57,857 bases of DNA from Lachnospiraceae bacterium (GTDB lineage: Bacteria; Bacillota; Clostridia; Lachnospirales; Lachnospiraceae): assembly GCA_017476765.1 (NCBI GenBank), contig JAFUZE010000298.1, forward strand, positions 1-57,857, given 5' to 3'. Shown here in pieces: positions 39,031 to 48,452 of the stretch; position 1 is the stretch's first letter, and each line of letters opens with the position of its first letter. The translations under genes were made by a program, and so were the position numbers. The notes beneath the pieces were generated by a model, which was given only the letters and a program-made list of their open reading frames with translations, was not told the DNA's origin and made no database searches.

Positions 39031-39729
39031 TCACCCAATCCGGCAGCCATCCGGTCCGCAGCTCATACCTTGTTCCGCTTTTACCTCTGCTGATTCTTCC
39101 AGCACCTTTATGATTGTGGCTTTCATACCCTCCACGCTCTGGGCACCGGAAATACCATATTCCCCCACCACAAAGAACGGAACCGCATGGATACCATAGC
39201 GCACTGCCTCGCGCTCATCAAGGATTACTTCATCCATATATTGATCAGATGAAAGAACAGCCTTAACCTCGTCGGGTTCCAGCCCACATTCTTCGCCGAT
39301 CTTCTGAAGAAGTTCTTTGTCCGCAAGTTCCTTATTATCTGTAAAATATGCTTTGAACAGAGCCTCAATCACTTTCTCAGAAAGAATCGGATCATTTTTA
39401 CTCTGCGCCAGTTTTGTCAAACGATGGGCATCCATCGTATTCGTAAACAATGTCGTTGCATACTTAAAATCAAGTCCTTCAGCAATTCCCATCTGAGAAA
39501 TAGACTCAATCTGCCGACCTGCGTCCGCAAAAGAGATGCCATACTTGCGGGCGAATCGGGTCTGGGTATCACCTGCAGCGTGCTCCCCAGCCGTCGGATC
39601 AAGCTGGAATGCCTTCATTTCCAGTTCTATATCTTTAGCCTCCGGAATAGCTGAAATCGCTTTTTTGAGTCTTGCTTCACCGATATAGCAGTAAGGGCAT
39701 GCATAGTCTGACCAGTACGTAATCTTCAT
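39031..39729 (-). CDS. DsbA-family (FrnE-like) thiol oxidoreductase
   Basis: MKITYWSDYACPYCYIGEARL with an intact CPYC motif. Confidence 0.85.
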   Translation of the reverse strand: MKITYWSDYACPYCYIGEARLKKAISAIPEAKDIELEMKAFQLDPTAGEHAAGDTQTRFARKYGISFADAGRQIESISQMGIAEGLDFKYATTLFTNTMDAHRLTKLAQSKNDPILSEKVIEALFKAYFTDNKELADKELLQKIGEECGLEPDEVKAVLSSDQYMDEVILDEREAVRYGIHAVPFFVVGEYGISGAQSVEGMKATIIKVLEESAEVKAEQGMSCGPDGCRIG

Positions 39730-39849
39730 AATCTTTTGCTCCTTTCAGTAATAGAACTTGTTCTATTTATTCTGATTGACATTATATAGAATCTGTTCTA
39801 TAATGTCAAGAGGAAATTGAACATGTTCTATAAAATAAGGAGACTCGAT

Positions 39850-40470
39850 ATGCCAAATAGATCCGGGCGCCCTGCAAAGGGTGACCAAAACAACAGCAAA
39901 GAAAAAATAATTAATACTACTGTATCAATCATCCGCAAAAAAGGTGCTGATTCGGTGACGGTCAGAAATGTCTGCACAGAAGCAGGCCTTTCTATCGGCA
40001 CCTTCTACCACTATTTTCGTGATAAGGATGACCTGTTGATGTATTTTCTCCGAGAGACATCTTTTGATTCCTTCGACTTGGAAACCTCTGTATCAGATAT
40101 AGCAGGAAGGATATCCGAGCTCTACATGCATCTGATTCGCAGGTATATGGAACTTGGTCTTGTTTTTATGAAAAGCTTCTATTCTACAGGAAATCGCTCC
40201 CTGTCCGCTTACATGGGAGAAGTGGATGGAACCTTTGCCTCCGGCACTGTCATGGCCAGAAGTGAAACAGAAATTCAAAATGCCCAGGATCACGGTATCA
40301 TAAATGAAAATGCAGACGTCCACGAACTCTGCATGGACATCTGCACGATTGTAAAGGGCTGTGTGTTTGAGTGGTGTCTAACGGATGGCACTATGGATAT
40401 CGAGACTACACTCTATCGAATCATCCGCAGCCTCATAACCAATCACTTGGCTTCCATAGAACACAAGTAA
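39850..40470 (+). CDS. TetR/AcrR-family transcriptional regulator
   Basis: ATG 39850 with AAGGAG RBS. HTH KEKIINTTVSIIRKKGADSVTVRNVCTEAGLSIGTFYHYFRDKDDL. Divergent from the DsbA-MBL pair. Confidence 0.88.
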   Translation: MPNRSGRPAKGDQNNSKEKIINTTVSIIRKKGADSVTVRNVCTEAGLSIGTFYHYFRDKDDLLMYFLRETSFDSFDLETSVSDIAGRISELYMHLIRRYMELGLVFMKSFYSTGNRSLSAYMGEVDGTFASGTVMARSETEIQNAQDHGIINENADVHELCMDICTIVKGCVFEWCLTDGTMDIETTLYRIIRSLITNHLASIEHK

Positions 40471-40640
40471 AATCCATCTCTAAACGGATTCCGACCCTTG
40501 CGGTAGTCATCCACCACCAGCTTTGCGAGGTTCATTTTCTGACGGAGCGCATATAAAACCTTGCGGTCGACCGTGCCTCTGCATACAAGTACGCTTGAAG
40601 AAGCCAGAAAAATTGGCGGAAAGAATGTAAATCATCGCTG

Positions 40641-41000
40641 CTATCGCTTTTCCTTGTTTTTCTTATGAAGGAAGTCAATGTACTTGTTCCCCCATACCTC
40701 TATGCTGTCGAGCACAGGCTTAAATTCTTCACCAATCTCTGTCAGTTCATATTCCACGCGGGGAGGTACTTCCGGATAGACCGTCCGCGTGATCAGCCCT
40801 TCCTCCTCAAGATTCTTCAGATGGTTTGTAAGCGTCGCCTGAGTGATATCGATCCCCTTCTGTATCTGATTGAATCGCTTGGGACCGCAGGCTAATGACT
40901 GCATGATCAGTATTGCCCATTTTCCGGAAAGCAGCTGCTGCGCAGTAACATACGGACACATCCCGAATTTATTTTCTGTTTCACATCGTTCTTTCTTCAC
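40641..41000 (-). CDS. HxlR-family transcriptional regulator
   Basis: CPYVTAQQLLSGKWAILIMQSL...RFNQIQKGI..ITQATLTNHLKNLEEEGLITRTVYPEVPPRVEYELTEIG. The start is uncertain: GTG 41000 with a GGAGGTG RBS is preferred over the track TTG at 41060. Confidence 0.8.
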   Translation of the reverse strand: MKKERCETENKFGMCPYVTAQQLLSGKWAILIMQSLACGPKRFNQIQKGIDITQATLTNHLKNLEEEGLITRTVYPEVPPRVEYELTEIGEEFKPVLDSIEVWGNKYIDFLHKKNKEKR

Positions 41001-41108
41001 GAGTACCACCTCCGCTTCGGATACAGCCTCTCTAAGCTCGTCCCTCGCTAAGTTCAACAAACATCCATTACTTAAGCAAAAGATACCAGCTCAAGCGAAA
41101 AATCCTAC

Positions 41109-41137
41109 TTGACCTCATTCTATCATGCTCATATAAT
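41109..41137 (+). promoter_or_regulatory. Candidate promoter of the LigB-type dioxygenase gene
   Basis: TTGACC-N17-TATAAT, 55 nt upstream of ATG 41193. Confidence 0.55.
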
Positions 41138-41192
41138 GAGTGCAAGTCAATTTATTAAAGTTACATGCAATTATTTAGGGAGGCGATTTTTT

Positions 41193-41990
41193 ATGAGTAA
41201 TTCAACAATGCCCGTTATCTTCTCCGGTCACGGGAGTCCTATGCTGGCGCTGGAGGATACAGATGTAACCCACGGATTAAAAACACTCGGTACGAAAATC
41301 ATGGAGAAATTCGGCAAACCGAAAGCGATTCTTGCAGTCTCCGCCCACTGGTACACAAGGGGAACCTTTGTGCAGAGTATGGAAAATCCAAAGCAAGTCT
41401 ACGATATGTACGGATTCCCACAAGCGCTTTACGACTTCAAGTATCCGGTCAAGGGTGACACTGCTCTCGCCGACCGTGTCCTCTCTCTCCTCGGGGACAG
41501 AGTATCCGTAAACAATGACTGGGGAATTGATCACGGCACCTGGACAGTACTCTGTCATGTATTCCCCGAGGCGGATATTCCGGTTGTTCAGCTGTCCGTA
41601 GATGGAACGCTGACAAAAGATGAAATCTATGAAATCGGAAAGTCCCTCACGCCGCTGCGTGACGAGGGGTATCTGATCTTTGCCAGCGGAAATGTGGTTC
41701 ACAATCTCCGCCGTGTGGAATGGGAGAATCCGAACGGTTCTCCGAAATGTACCGCTTTTAACGATGCAATTACAGAATATGTTCTTGAACGCAACGACAA
41801 AGCTGTCATGGAATACGAGGCTGTACCAAATGCCGCCTATGCAGTTCCGACACCGGAGCATTACCTTCCGCTCATCTATATGCTCGGTGCAGCCGAAGGA
41901 GAAAAGGCAACGGTATTTAATAACCACTGCGAGCTCGGTGCGATTGCCATGACCGGATACGCATTTGGACTGTCAGGACTATCGGCTTAG
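41193..41990 (+). CDS. ygiD: 4,5-DOPA dioxygenase extradiol (LigB family, YgiD-like)
   Basis: ATG 41193 with GGGAGG RBS. MPVIFSGHGSPMLALED, SAHW, FPQALYDFKYP, DHGTWTVL, SGNVVHNL and PTPEHYLPLIYMLGA all parallel E. coli YgiD. Confidence 0.88.
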   Translation: MSNSTMPVIFSGHGSPMLALEDTDVTHGLKTLGTKIMEKFGKPKAILAVSAHWYTRGTFVQSMENPKQVYDMYGFPQALYDFKYPVKGDTALADRVLSLLGDRVSVNNDWGIDHGTWTVLCHVFPEADIPVVQLSVDGTLTKDEIYEIGKSLTPLRDEGYLIFASGNVVHNLRRVEWENPNGSPKCTAFNDAITEYVLERNDKAVMEYEAVPNAAYAVPTPEHYLPLIYMLGAAEGEKATVFNNHCELGAIAMTGYAFGLSGLSA

Positions 41991-42325
41991 CCGGTAGCCT
42001 TCCAGCCCCTATAAGGGACTATTACCTGCATTTCATCAATCGTTTTAGCACGGGACAACTACAGCAGCATAGATTTATCCCTTCCTGACGCAGAAGTACC
42101 AGATTCCTCCCAAATGATTTCTCCCGTTCCTCTCGATGAGCACTGAGCAGCTCGGCAATATACAGGTCATGGATCACCACCTCTTTGCTGTCTGCGGAAA
42201 AGACTATCCATCGGCTTCCGTATTCCTCCGTCACGCCGGAGAAATGTGCATATAGGAATGCTCACGGCAACGGATCATAATTGTTGCTGGGAGCACTTTA
42301 TTTCCTGCATTTAAAAGGACATGTG

Positions 42326-42640
42326 TCAAATAAATACAACCTGAATCAATAACATATATACAATCGTTCCACCAAGAATACTGATAATAGCATTTCGTTT
42401 CCATGCCTGAAGACCAATCACGCACGCTGTTCCAAGCAGTTCGGGAAGACCGAAAGGAGCTTCTGTGATGTTCATATCCTTTAAGCAGTAAATTACCAGC
42501 ATACCTATAATGGCTGAAGGAAGTACTTTTCCAAGATAGGCAATGTACCGTGGTGTTCGTTCGCGAAAGACTAAAAACGGCAAAAAGCGAAGTAAGATGG
42601 TCACAGCTGTCATAACTGCCACAAGAATAACCGCCCTCAT
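42326..42640 (-). CDS. azlD: AzlD-family branched-chain amino acid transport protein
   Basis: 104 aa from ATG 42640 (MRAVILVAVMTAVTILLRFLPFLVF). ATGA overlap with azlC. Confidence 0.8.
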   Translation of the reverse strand: MRAVILVAVMTAVTILLRFLPFLVFRERTPRYIAYLGKVLPSAIIGMLVIYCLKDMNITEAPFGLPELLGTACVIGLQAWKRNAIISILGGTIVYMLLIQVVFI

Positions 42641-43323
42641 GATGCACTCTCCTCTCGTCTGCGGAAAATGGTAAGCGCCAATGTGATCAACAGCATCGTC
42701 GGAATCAGAAATCGCTCTGGGCCAAAAATCAAAAGGCAAATCAGGGAGCTTATAATCCCCACAAGCGCCGGAATGTGATCTTTGTCAGTAAGCCACTGCT
42801 CCGTAAACGAAGCAACAAACAGCGCTGTCATGGAAAACTCAATCCCCTTCGTGGAAAACGGAATCACCGTCCCCAGAAGGCTTCCAATCACACTACCGGT
42901 CACCCAATAACAATGATTAAAAAGCGACACAAGAAACCTATAGCGCCCGGCATCCGCCTCCCCGGGAACTTTTCCATCACAGAGAAGAGAATATGTCTCA
43001 TCCGTCAATGCGAAAATCAGATATGGCTTATAATTTCCCGCACTCTTGTAGCGGTCAATCATGGAAATACTGTAAAACAGATGCCTTGCATTCACCATCA
43101 ATGTGGTAAGCATTGTGGTAATGATGGATGCACCTCCAGCAATCAAACCAATACCGACATATTGCATCGATCCTGCATAGATGAAAACGCTCATAGAAAA
43201 TGCCCACAGTACGCCATAACCTGCAGTACGTAGGAGAATCCCAAAACCTATACCCAAAACAATATACCCTGCCATGACTGGCAGGGATTTTATAAATGCT
43301 TGTTTTACCGTTCCGTGATTCAT
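42637..43323 (-). CDS. azlC: AzlC-family branched-chain amino acid permease component
   Basis: ATG 43323 (GAGGAG RBS): MNHGTVKQAFIKSLPVMAGYIVLGIGFG..., multi-TM. The track start 43374 is TTG. Confidence 0.85.
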   Translation of the reverse strand: MNHGTVKQAFIKSLPVMAGYIVLGIGFGILLRTAGYGVLWAFSMSVFIYAGSMQYVGIGLIAGGASIITTMLTTLMVNARHLFYSISMIDRYKSAGNYKPYLIFALTDETYSLLCDGKVPGEADAGRYRFLVSLFNHCYWVTGSVIGSLLGTVIPFSTKGIEFSMTALFVASFTEQWLTDKDHIPALVGIISSLICLLIFGPERFLIPTMLLITLALTIFRRREESAS

Positions 43324-43553
43324 CTTCTTATCAATCTCCTCGTTGCTTAAAGAATACTCTATACGTATACTCAAAAATGGTTACTGAAAGCAGTCCTCCG
43401 GCGTATGCAATACTCCCTGCTTTTCGCATAATAGCACATCTATACGACGCTATTATATAAAAAAATATGAGCAGCCGCAACACCTTTTCGTTTACCACGC
43501 TTATACCCATTTTTTCATTTCACCACATCCTGACATCCCATGACGCAGCCTCC

Positions 43554-44549
43554 TTATCTCAGATTCTCTTCAAAGAACCTCTGCATCTTATCAAACGGGA
43601 TGATATCCGTCCTGTCATACAGATCGGTGTGAACGGCATCCGGAATGATCATCAGTTCCTTGTTGTCCGCATACTTGCTGTCTTTCGTCATTACTGCATA
43701 AGCATCCTTGCTGAAGTAGCACGAGTGCGCCTTCTCCCCGTGGATGATCAGAACCGCACTGCGGATCTCGTTGCTGTATTTTAAGACAGGCTGGTTCATA
43801 AAGGACTCACATCCGACCACATTCCAGCCGCCATTGGAGTTTAATGACCTTGCATGGTAACCGCGATCTGTCTTGTAATAGTCGTGATAATCCTTTACAA
43901 AGAACGGTGCATCCTCCGGCAGCGGATCGACTACACCGCCGCCCAGTTTATACACACCGGCTTTGTAATCTTCCAGTCTCTGTGCGCACATTGCGGCTTT
44001 CTTCCCGTAACGGGCTTCCTCGCTGTCCTCCGAATCAAAATACCCATTGGCATTCACTCTGGTCATATCATACATCGTCGTGGCAACCGTAGCCTTGATC
44101 CTTGTGTCAAGCGCCGCCGTATTCACAGCCATGCCGCCCCATCCGCAGATGCCGATGATTCCGATGCGATCCGGATCAACCTTCTCATTGAGGGAAAGAA
44201 AATCCACCGCAGCCATGAAGTCCTCCGTATTGATGTCCGGGGACGCCATATATCTTGGCTGACCGCCGCTCTCCCCGGTAAAGGACGGGTCAAATGCGAT
44301 AGTCAGAAACCCTCTCTCTGCCATCGTCTGCGCATACAGTCCGGAACACTGTTCCTTCACCGCACCGAACGGACCGGATACTGCGATTGCCGGGAGCTTT
44401 CCTTCTGCATTTTGGGGAACATACATATCCGCCGCAAGGGTAATTCCATAGCGGTTTACAAACGTTACCTTGCTGTGTTCCACCTTGTCACTCTTCGGGA
44501 AAGTCTTATCCCACTCTGTTACCAGTTTCAGTTCCTCTGTCTTCATCAT
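43554..44549 (-). CDS. Alpha/beta hydrolase
   Basis: ATG 44549 with GGAGG RBS. Nucleophile-elbow-like GICGWGG. 331 aa, cytoplasmic. Confidence 0.8.
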   Translation of the reverse strand: MMKTEELKLVTEWDKTFPKSDKVEHSKVTFVNRYGITLAADMYVPQNAEGKLPAIAVSGPFGAVKEQCSGLYAQTMAERGFLTIAFDPSFTGESGGQPRYMASPDINTEDFMAAVDFLSLNEKVDPDRIGIIGICGWGGMAVNTAALDTRIKATVATTMYDMTRVNANGYFDSEDSEEARYGKKAAMCAQRLEDYKAGVYKLGGGVVDPLPEDAPFFVKDYHDYYKTDRGYHARSLNSNGGWNVVGCESFMNQPVLKYSNEIRSAVLIIHGEKAHSCYFSKDAYAVMTKDSKYADNKELMIIPDAVHTDLYDRTDIIPFDKMQRFFEENLR

Positions 44550-44566
44550 GATTAGATACCTCCATT

Positions 44567-44794
44567 TTAGTGATTTGCCTGCATTTCTTTTTCCGTTTGA
44601 CGGATCAGAAAGTCCATACAATCAACTTTCCTCCCGCTCTCGTGCAGTTCGTCCATAAGCCTGCACCGGTCTTTCTTCATCTTCTGCAAAGCTTCTGTGA
44701 TTCTGCCGCTTTCGCTTAAGCTTATGATCTCTTTTATGACCGCATCACAGCATCCTGCATCAGACAGGTTTTGCTTCATTTGCTCAAAGTCCAT
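44567..44794 (-). CDS. Small helical hypothetical protein (75 aa)
   Basis: GAGGAA RBS; helical and Cys-containing (AGCCDAVIKEI...DRCRLMDELHESGRKVDCMDFLI). It sits 17 nt upstream of the hydrolase gene on the same strand. Confidence 0.5.
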   Translation of the reverse strand: MDFEQMKQNLSDAGCCDAVIKEIISLSESGRITEALQKMKKDRCRLMDELHESGRKVDCMDFLIRQTEKEMQANH

Positions 44795-44973
44795 AGCGTT
44801 CCTCTACGTATTTTCCATAGTTCTCTCTGACAATTCACAGTTCATGACTATGAAATGAGTCCTTGCATTTCATAATATAACACCTTGTATTCTTCTTCGC
44901 TAATTGCTATAATGAATATCATGATATTCCTTATCGGCATATCATATCAATGGCAGAATGGAGATGGATACTC

Positions 44974-45849
44974 ATGGAAATTCGAACACTCAGATATTTC
45001 CTTGCTGTTGCAAGGGAAGAGAACATGACAAGAGCCGCCGAAATGCTCCATGTAACTCAGCCAACTCTTTCAAAACAGCTTAAGTCTCTGGAAGATGAGC
45101 TCGGAAAGAAACTGTTTACCCGTCATTCTTTCAGCATCAAACTGACTGATGAAGGCATCCTGCTTCGGAACCGTGCGGAAGATCTGGTCAGCATGGCAGA
45201 TAAGATTGAAAAGGAATTCGTGGCTCTGGATGACATCACCGGCGGCGATCTGTATTTCGGTCTGGCTGAATCTTACCAGATTAGTTTCCTTGCCCGTGAG
45301 ATAAATACATTCAAACAGAACTATCCCGACCTTAAATATCATATCACAAGCGGCGATACGGAACAGGTTGCCGAAAAGCTGGACAAAGGCCTTCTCGATT
45401 TTGCTGTGCTCGCAGAAATCCCGGACGCATCAAAATATGAATCTCTGGTATTTCCCGAAGCGGACATATGGGGAGTGGTCATGTCAGCAGACTCTCCTCT
45501 TGCGAGGAAAAAGACCATCCGCGTTGATGACCTTATCGGCTTACCGTTATTCTGCTCCGGTCAGGGATGGGAAAAGGATATCCCCGGATGGGCAAAAGAC
45601 AAGATGGATAAGCTGCATCTGGACGGCTCCTTCCGGCTTTCCTATAACGCATCACTCTTTGCCAAAGAACATCTTGGATACCTGCTGACCTTTGACAAAC
45701 TTGTAGACACTTCCGCAGAGAGTGGGTTAGTGTTCCGACCGCTCACGCCGAAGCTTGAAACCCATCTATACCTGATTTGGAAACGATATCAGGCTTTTTC
45801 GCCAATAGCAGAAAGATTCCTGAAACAGATCCGACAATCTTTTACATAA
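44974..45849 (+). CDS. LysR-family transcriptional regulator
   Basis: MEIRTLRYFLAVAREENMTRAAEMLHVTQPTLSKQLKSLE. Divergent from the small ORF/hydrolase pair. Confidence 0.9.
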   Translation: MEIRTLRYFLAVAREENMTRAAEMLHVTQPTLSKQLKSLEDELGKKLFTRHSFSIKLTDEGILLRNRAEDLVSMADKIEKEFVALDDITGGDLYFGLAESYQISFLAREINTFKQNYPDLKYHITSGDTEQVAEKLDKGLLDFAVLAEIPDASKYESLVFPEADIWGVVMSADSPLARKKTIRVDDLIGLPLFCSGQGWEKDIPGWAKDKMDKLHLDGSFRLSYNASLFAKEHLGYLLTFDKLVDTSAESGLVFRPLTPKLETHLYLIWKRYQAFSPIAERFLKQIRQSFT

Positions 45850-45998
45850 CTATAGTTCAATTCAAAGTGAACTCATCCCTCGAAAATGAACCCCCACATA
45901 AAAAATGAACCCTACCGGGATATCTGTTGGCGCCAGAATGCTGTCGCCTTTGCTTAATGCTTTCTTTTCTCCATCTGCTGATGGGAGGATGTGGTCTG

Positions 45999-46200
45999 AT
46001 GAAAGAGAAACTTGGAGAAGTATTCTCCATTGCTGACGATAACGCTCCTGTTCCCGGATGCACGATCTCAAAAGGAGATATATAGCGGACAAAACTATAT
46101 CGCTTATTACTCACTTGCGAGGAATACGGATATCAGCGCGGAAATATATCCTTATCATAAGATGATCATTATGGGGGAAGGAGAGGCTTTCGTTTACGCT
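45999..46200 (+). pseudogene. Frameshifted, truncated cupin-domain gene
   Basis: ATG 45999 (GGGAGGA RBS): MKEKLGEVFSIADDNAPVPGCTISKGDI* then continues in another frame as ...IYSGQNYIAYYSLARNTDISAEIYPYHKMIIMGEGEAFVY. Confidence 0.5.
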
Positions 46201-46514
46201 CTGGAAAAGACCATTCTATTCAATAATATGTCGGAAGATGAGATCCGCAGCTGCCTGAAGGAACTCAGGTCTCAGGAAAAAATTATAAGAAAGGCACCGT
46301 CATTCTTCATGCCGGAGATCAGACAGACAGGATGGGACTTGTATTAGATGGGAGCGTCACAATAGAAAGCAATGATATCCCCTTTGACAGACAGCAACTC
46401 GCAGATTACCTCAATCTGGAACGAACGAATATGTCCAAGGAGCTGGGCAGAATGCAGCGTGAAGGGATCATTGCGTGCAGGAAAAGCCATTTCAAACTGA
46501 TTAACCGCAAATAA
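46201..46514 (+). pseudogene. Crp/Fnr-family regulator remnant (start lost, frameshift, internal deletion)
   Basis: LEKTILFNNMSEDEIRSCLKELRSQEK..., then a frameshift to (ILHAGDQTDR)MGLVLDGSVTIESNDI, joined directly to the C-terminal HTH PFDRQQLADYLNLERTNMSKELGRMQREGII. About 100 aa are missing. Confidence 0.6.
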
Positions 46515-46522
46515 AAAAGGCG

Positions 46523-46747
46523 ACCAGCAGCAACTATGGCTCCGTCACCGATTGTAACCCCCGGACAAACAGTCACATTTGCCCCCAGCCACACCTTGTT
46601 TCCGATGTGAATGGGCGCCGGTATCAGATTCTCCCTCTTTTCCGGTATCTGATCATGATTGAGTGTAGCCAGAACAGCATTATGTCCGATCAGAGCATTA
46701 TCGCCGATATAGATTCCTCCCTGATCTTGAAAACGATATCCGGAGAT
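46523..46747 (-). pseudogene. Fragment of a hexapeptide-repeat sugar O-acetyltransferase
   Basis: GIYIGDNALIGHNAVLATLNHDQIPEKRENLIPAPIHIGNKVWLGANVTVCPGVTIGDGAIVAAG. No N-terminus, and the C-terminus is cut off where it abuts the Crp remnant. Confidence 0.55.
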
Positions 46748-46793
46748 CATTTTGACCGATGTTGAAGCATTTTTATTCTGTTTATTATTTCCC

Positions 46794-47204
46794 TCAGCCC
46801 GTGTACGCATCCTCAATGCCATTACGGAAGTTCTGCTTCGCAAGCCATTCCTCCTCTTCCGGCGTTTCAGGAATGTCGATTCTCTCAATCTTGAAAATGA
46901 CCGGGCGTGTCCCATCATTGCAGCAAGTAATCATCATTCGCTCATCATTCGTCCACTTATGCATGATAGAGCCACCCTGCAGTGCCGTGTATACATATCG
47001 GCTGATTGCATCCCACGCTTCACCGCAGAACTTCCCGTTCATCAAATGATAGAAATCATCCTGCTCCGGCGTCCTCTTCAGGACAAATGTATCGCCCGCT
47101 TTGAAGCATGGACATGGACCTGACTTCGGGTCAGCCAGATATTTTTCCTGTAAGTCCGGAAACACCTTTGTCTCCAGCACGGTTATTTTGCATTCATGCT
47201 GCAT
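46794..47204 (-). CDS. TIGR04076-like small Cys-rich protein
   Basis: ATG 47204 (GGAGGA RBS) comes immediately after the HxlR stop. MQHECKITVLE...GPCPCFKAGDTF...FCGEAWDAI...ITCCNDGTRPVIFKIERI. Confidence 0.7.
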   Translation of the reverse strand: MQHECKITVLETKVFPDLQEKYLADPKSGPCPCFKAGDTFVLKRTPEQDDFYHLMNGKFCGEAWDAISRYVYTALQGGSIMHKWTNDERMMITCCNDGTRPVIFKIERIDIPETPEEEEWLAKQNFRNGIEDAYTG

Positions 47205-47206
47205 GT

Positions 47207-47602
47207 CTAATCCTCCTGATTTCTTTTCGCTTCCTCCACAACCAGTTCCATCTGATCTGCTCCCCATTCATGTATCTGCTTCAGAAGCGGAATTAACGTC
47301 TTCCCTCTTTCAGACAGAGAATACTCTACTCTCGGAGGAATGGAGTCATAATTCCTGCGCTCAATCAGATAACTCTTTTCCAAATCCCTGAGCGACTGCG
47401 TAAGCATGATATTTGTAATGAGCGGAATGCCTCGCTTCAGTTCGTTATATCGGAGTGTCCCCTCATCAGCCAGATGCCATAGAAATAGAATAGGGAACTT
47501 CCATCTCTGACCCAGAATCGACATCGTATATAGAACCGGACATATCTCATCTGGTGTCTTTTCACCTGTTTCCAGTAAAGTTGTCAAATCTTCTGCTTTC
47601 AT
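47207..47602 (-). CDS. HxlR-family transcriptional regulator
   Basis: ATG 47602 (GGAGG RBS). CPVLYTMSILGQRWKFPILF...RYNELKRGIPLITNIMLTQSLRDLEKSYLIERRNYDSIPPRVEYSLSERG. Confidence 0.85.
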   Translation of the reverse strand: MKAEDLTTLLETGEKTPDEICPVLYTMSILGQRWKFPILFLWHLADEGTLRYNELKRGIPLITNIMLTQSLRDLEKSYLIERRNYDSIPPRVEYSLSERGKTLIPLLKQIHEWGADQMELVVEEAKRNQED

Positions 47603-47726
47603 ATATGCCTCCAAAGTAAGGCAGAAAAAACTGCGTACTATTATTTTTCTATCCTGATTGCTATAATACATCTAACAGCACGAAATTTCAAGCCTAACCG
47701 TTGGCGGCAAGGAGGACAAATATACT

Positions 47727-48452
47727 ATGAAAGCACTATTTTTGAACGGAAGTCCGCGAAAGAATTTCAATACAGCCCAGATGCTGCAGAAAGCAATGGA
47801 CGGCACAAAAGAGGTTGGCGCAGAAACGGAGTTCATCAATCTTTTCGATTATGAGTTCACAGGCTGCCGCAGCTGCTTCGCCTGCAAGATTAAAAACAGC
47901 AAAACAAACGGCGTATGCGCTATCCGCGACAACATCCGTCCGGTCATCGAAAAAGCCCAGGATGCGGATGTGATCGTTATCGGCAGCCCTGTATATTTCG
48001 GATATCCCACCGGACAGGTTAGGAGCCTGGTGGAACGTCTTCTCTTCCCCCTCGACACGTACCTCTTTGATGAGCAAGGTAATAGATTGAAGGTTCCTCA
48101 TAAGCCTGTCCAGACAGGTCTCATCTATACCATGAACTGCCCTGAAGAGCTTTCTCACAAAGTAGGATATGACACCCTGCTTGGCTTTACGGGTGAGGAA
48201 ATGGGCCGATTATACGGATACAATGAAATCCTCTGCAGCTATGAGACCCTGCAGTTCAAAGACTACTCCCGCTATGATATGAACCTGTTCTCGGAAGAAC
48301 AGCGCAAAGAACGCCATGATACTCAGTTCCCGATTGACCTGCAGAATGCATACGATCTTGGAAAAAGGCTTGCAGAAAGAGCAAAGGGCGCAAATCGTCC
48401 GGCGAACGATTGTTCTGCGCCGACCGGAGTGGAACGGAGAGCTGCCATATGA
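47727..48452 (+). CDS. Flavodoxin-like FMN reductase/iron-sulfur flavoprotein family
   Basis: MKALFLNGSPRKNFNT, GCRSCFACK, IVIGSPVYFGYPTG. Confidence 0.85.
   Translation: MKALFLNGSPRKNFNTAQMLQKAMDGTKEVGAETEFINLFDYEFTGCRSCFACKIKNSKTNGVCAIRDNIRPVIEKAQDADVIVIGSPVYFGYPTGQVRSLVERLLFPLDTYLFDEQGNRLKVPHKPVQTGLIYTMNCPEELSHKVGYDTLLGFTGEEMGRLYGYNEILCSYETLQFKDYSRYDMNLFSEEQRKERHDTQFPIDLQNAYDLGKRLAERAKGANRPANDCSAPTGVERRAAI

Noticed and set aside
40471-40640. Minus-strand open frame ...RGTVDRKVLYALRQKMNLAKLVVDDYRKGRNPFRDGFYLC between the TetR and HxlR genes, possibly a gene remnant
   Set aside because: It is too short, has no start or RBS, and I cannot assign a family. It partly overlaps the TetR 3' end.
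42022-42234. 70-aa minus-strand ORF (GTG start) downstream of azlD, and the overlapping 138-aa ORF 42231..42647
   Set aside because: There is no RBS and no recognisable motif. The 138-aa ORF is an out-of-frame overlap of azlD. This is probably non-coding or residual sequence.
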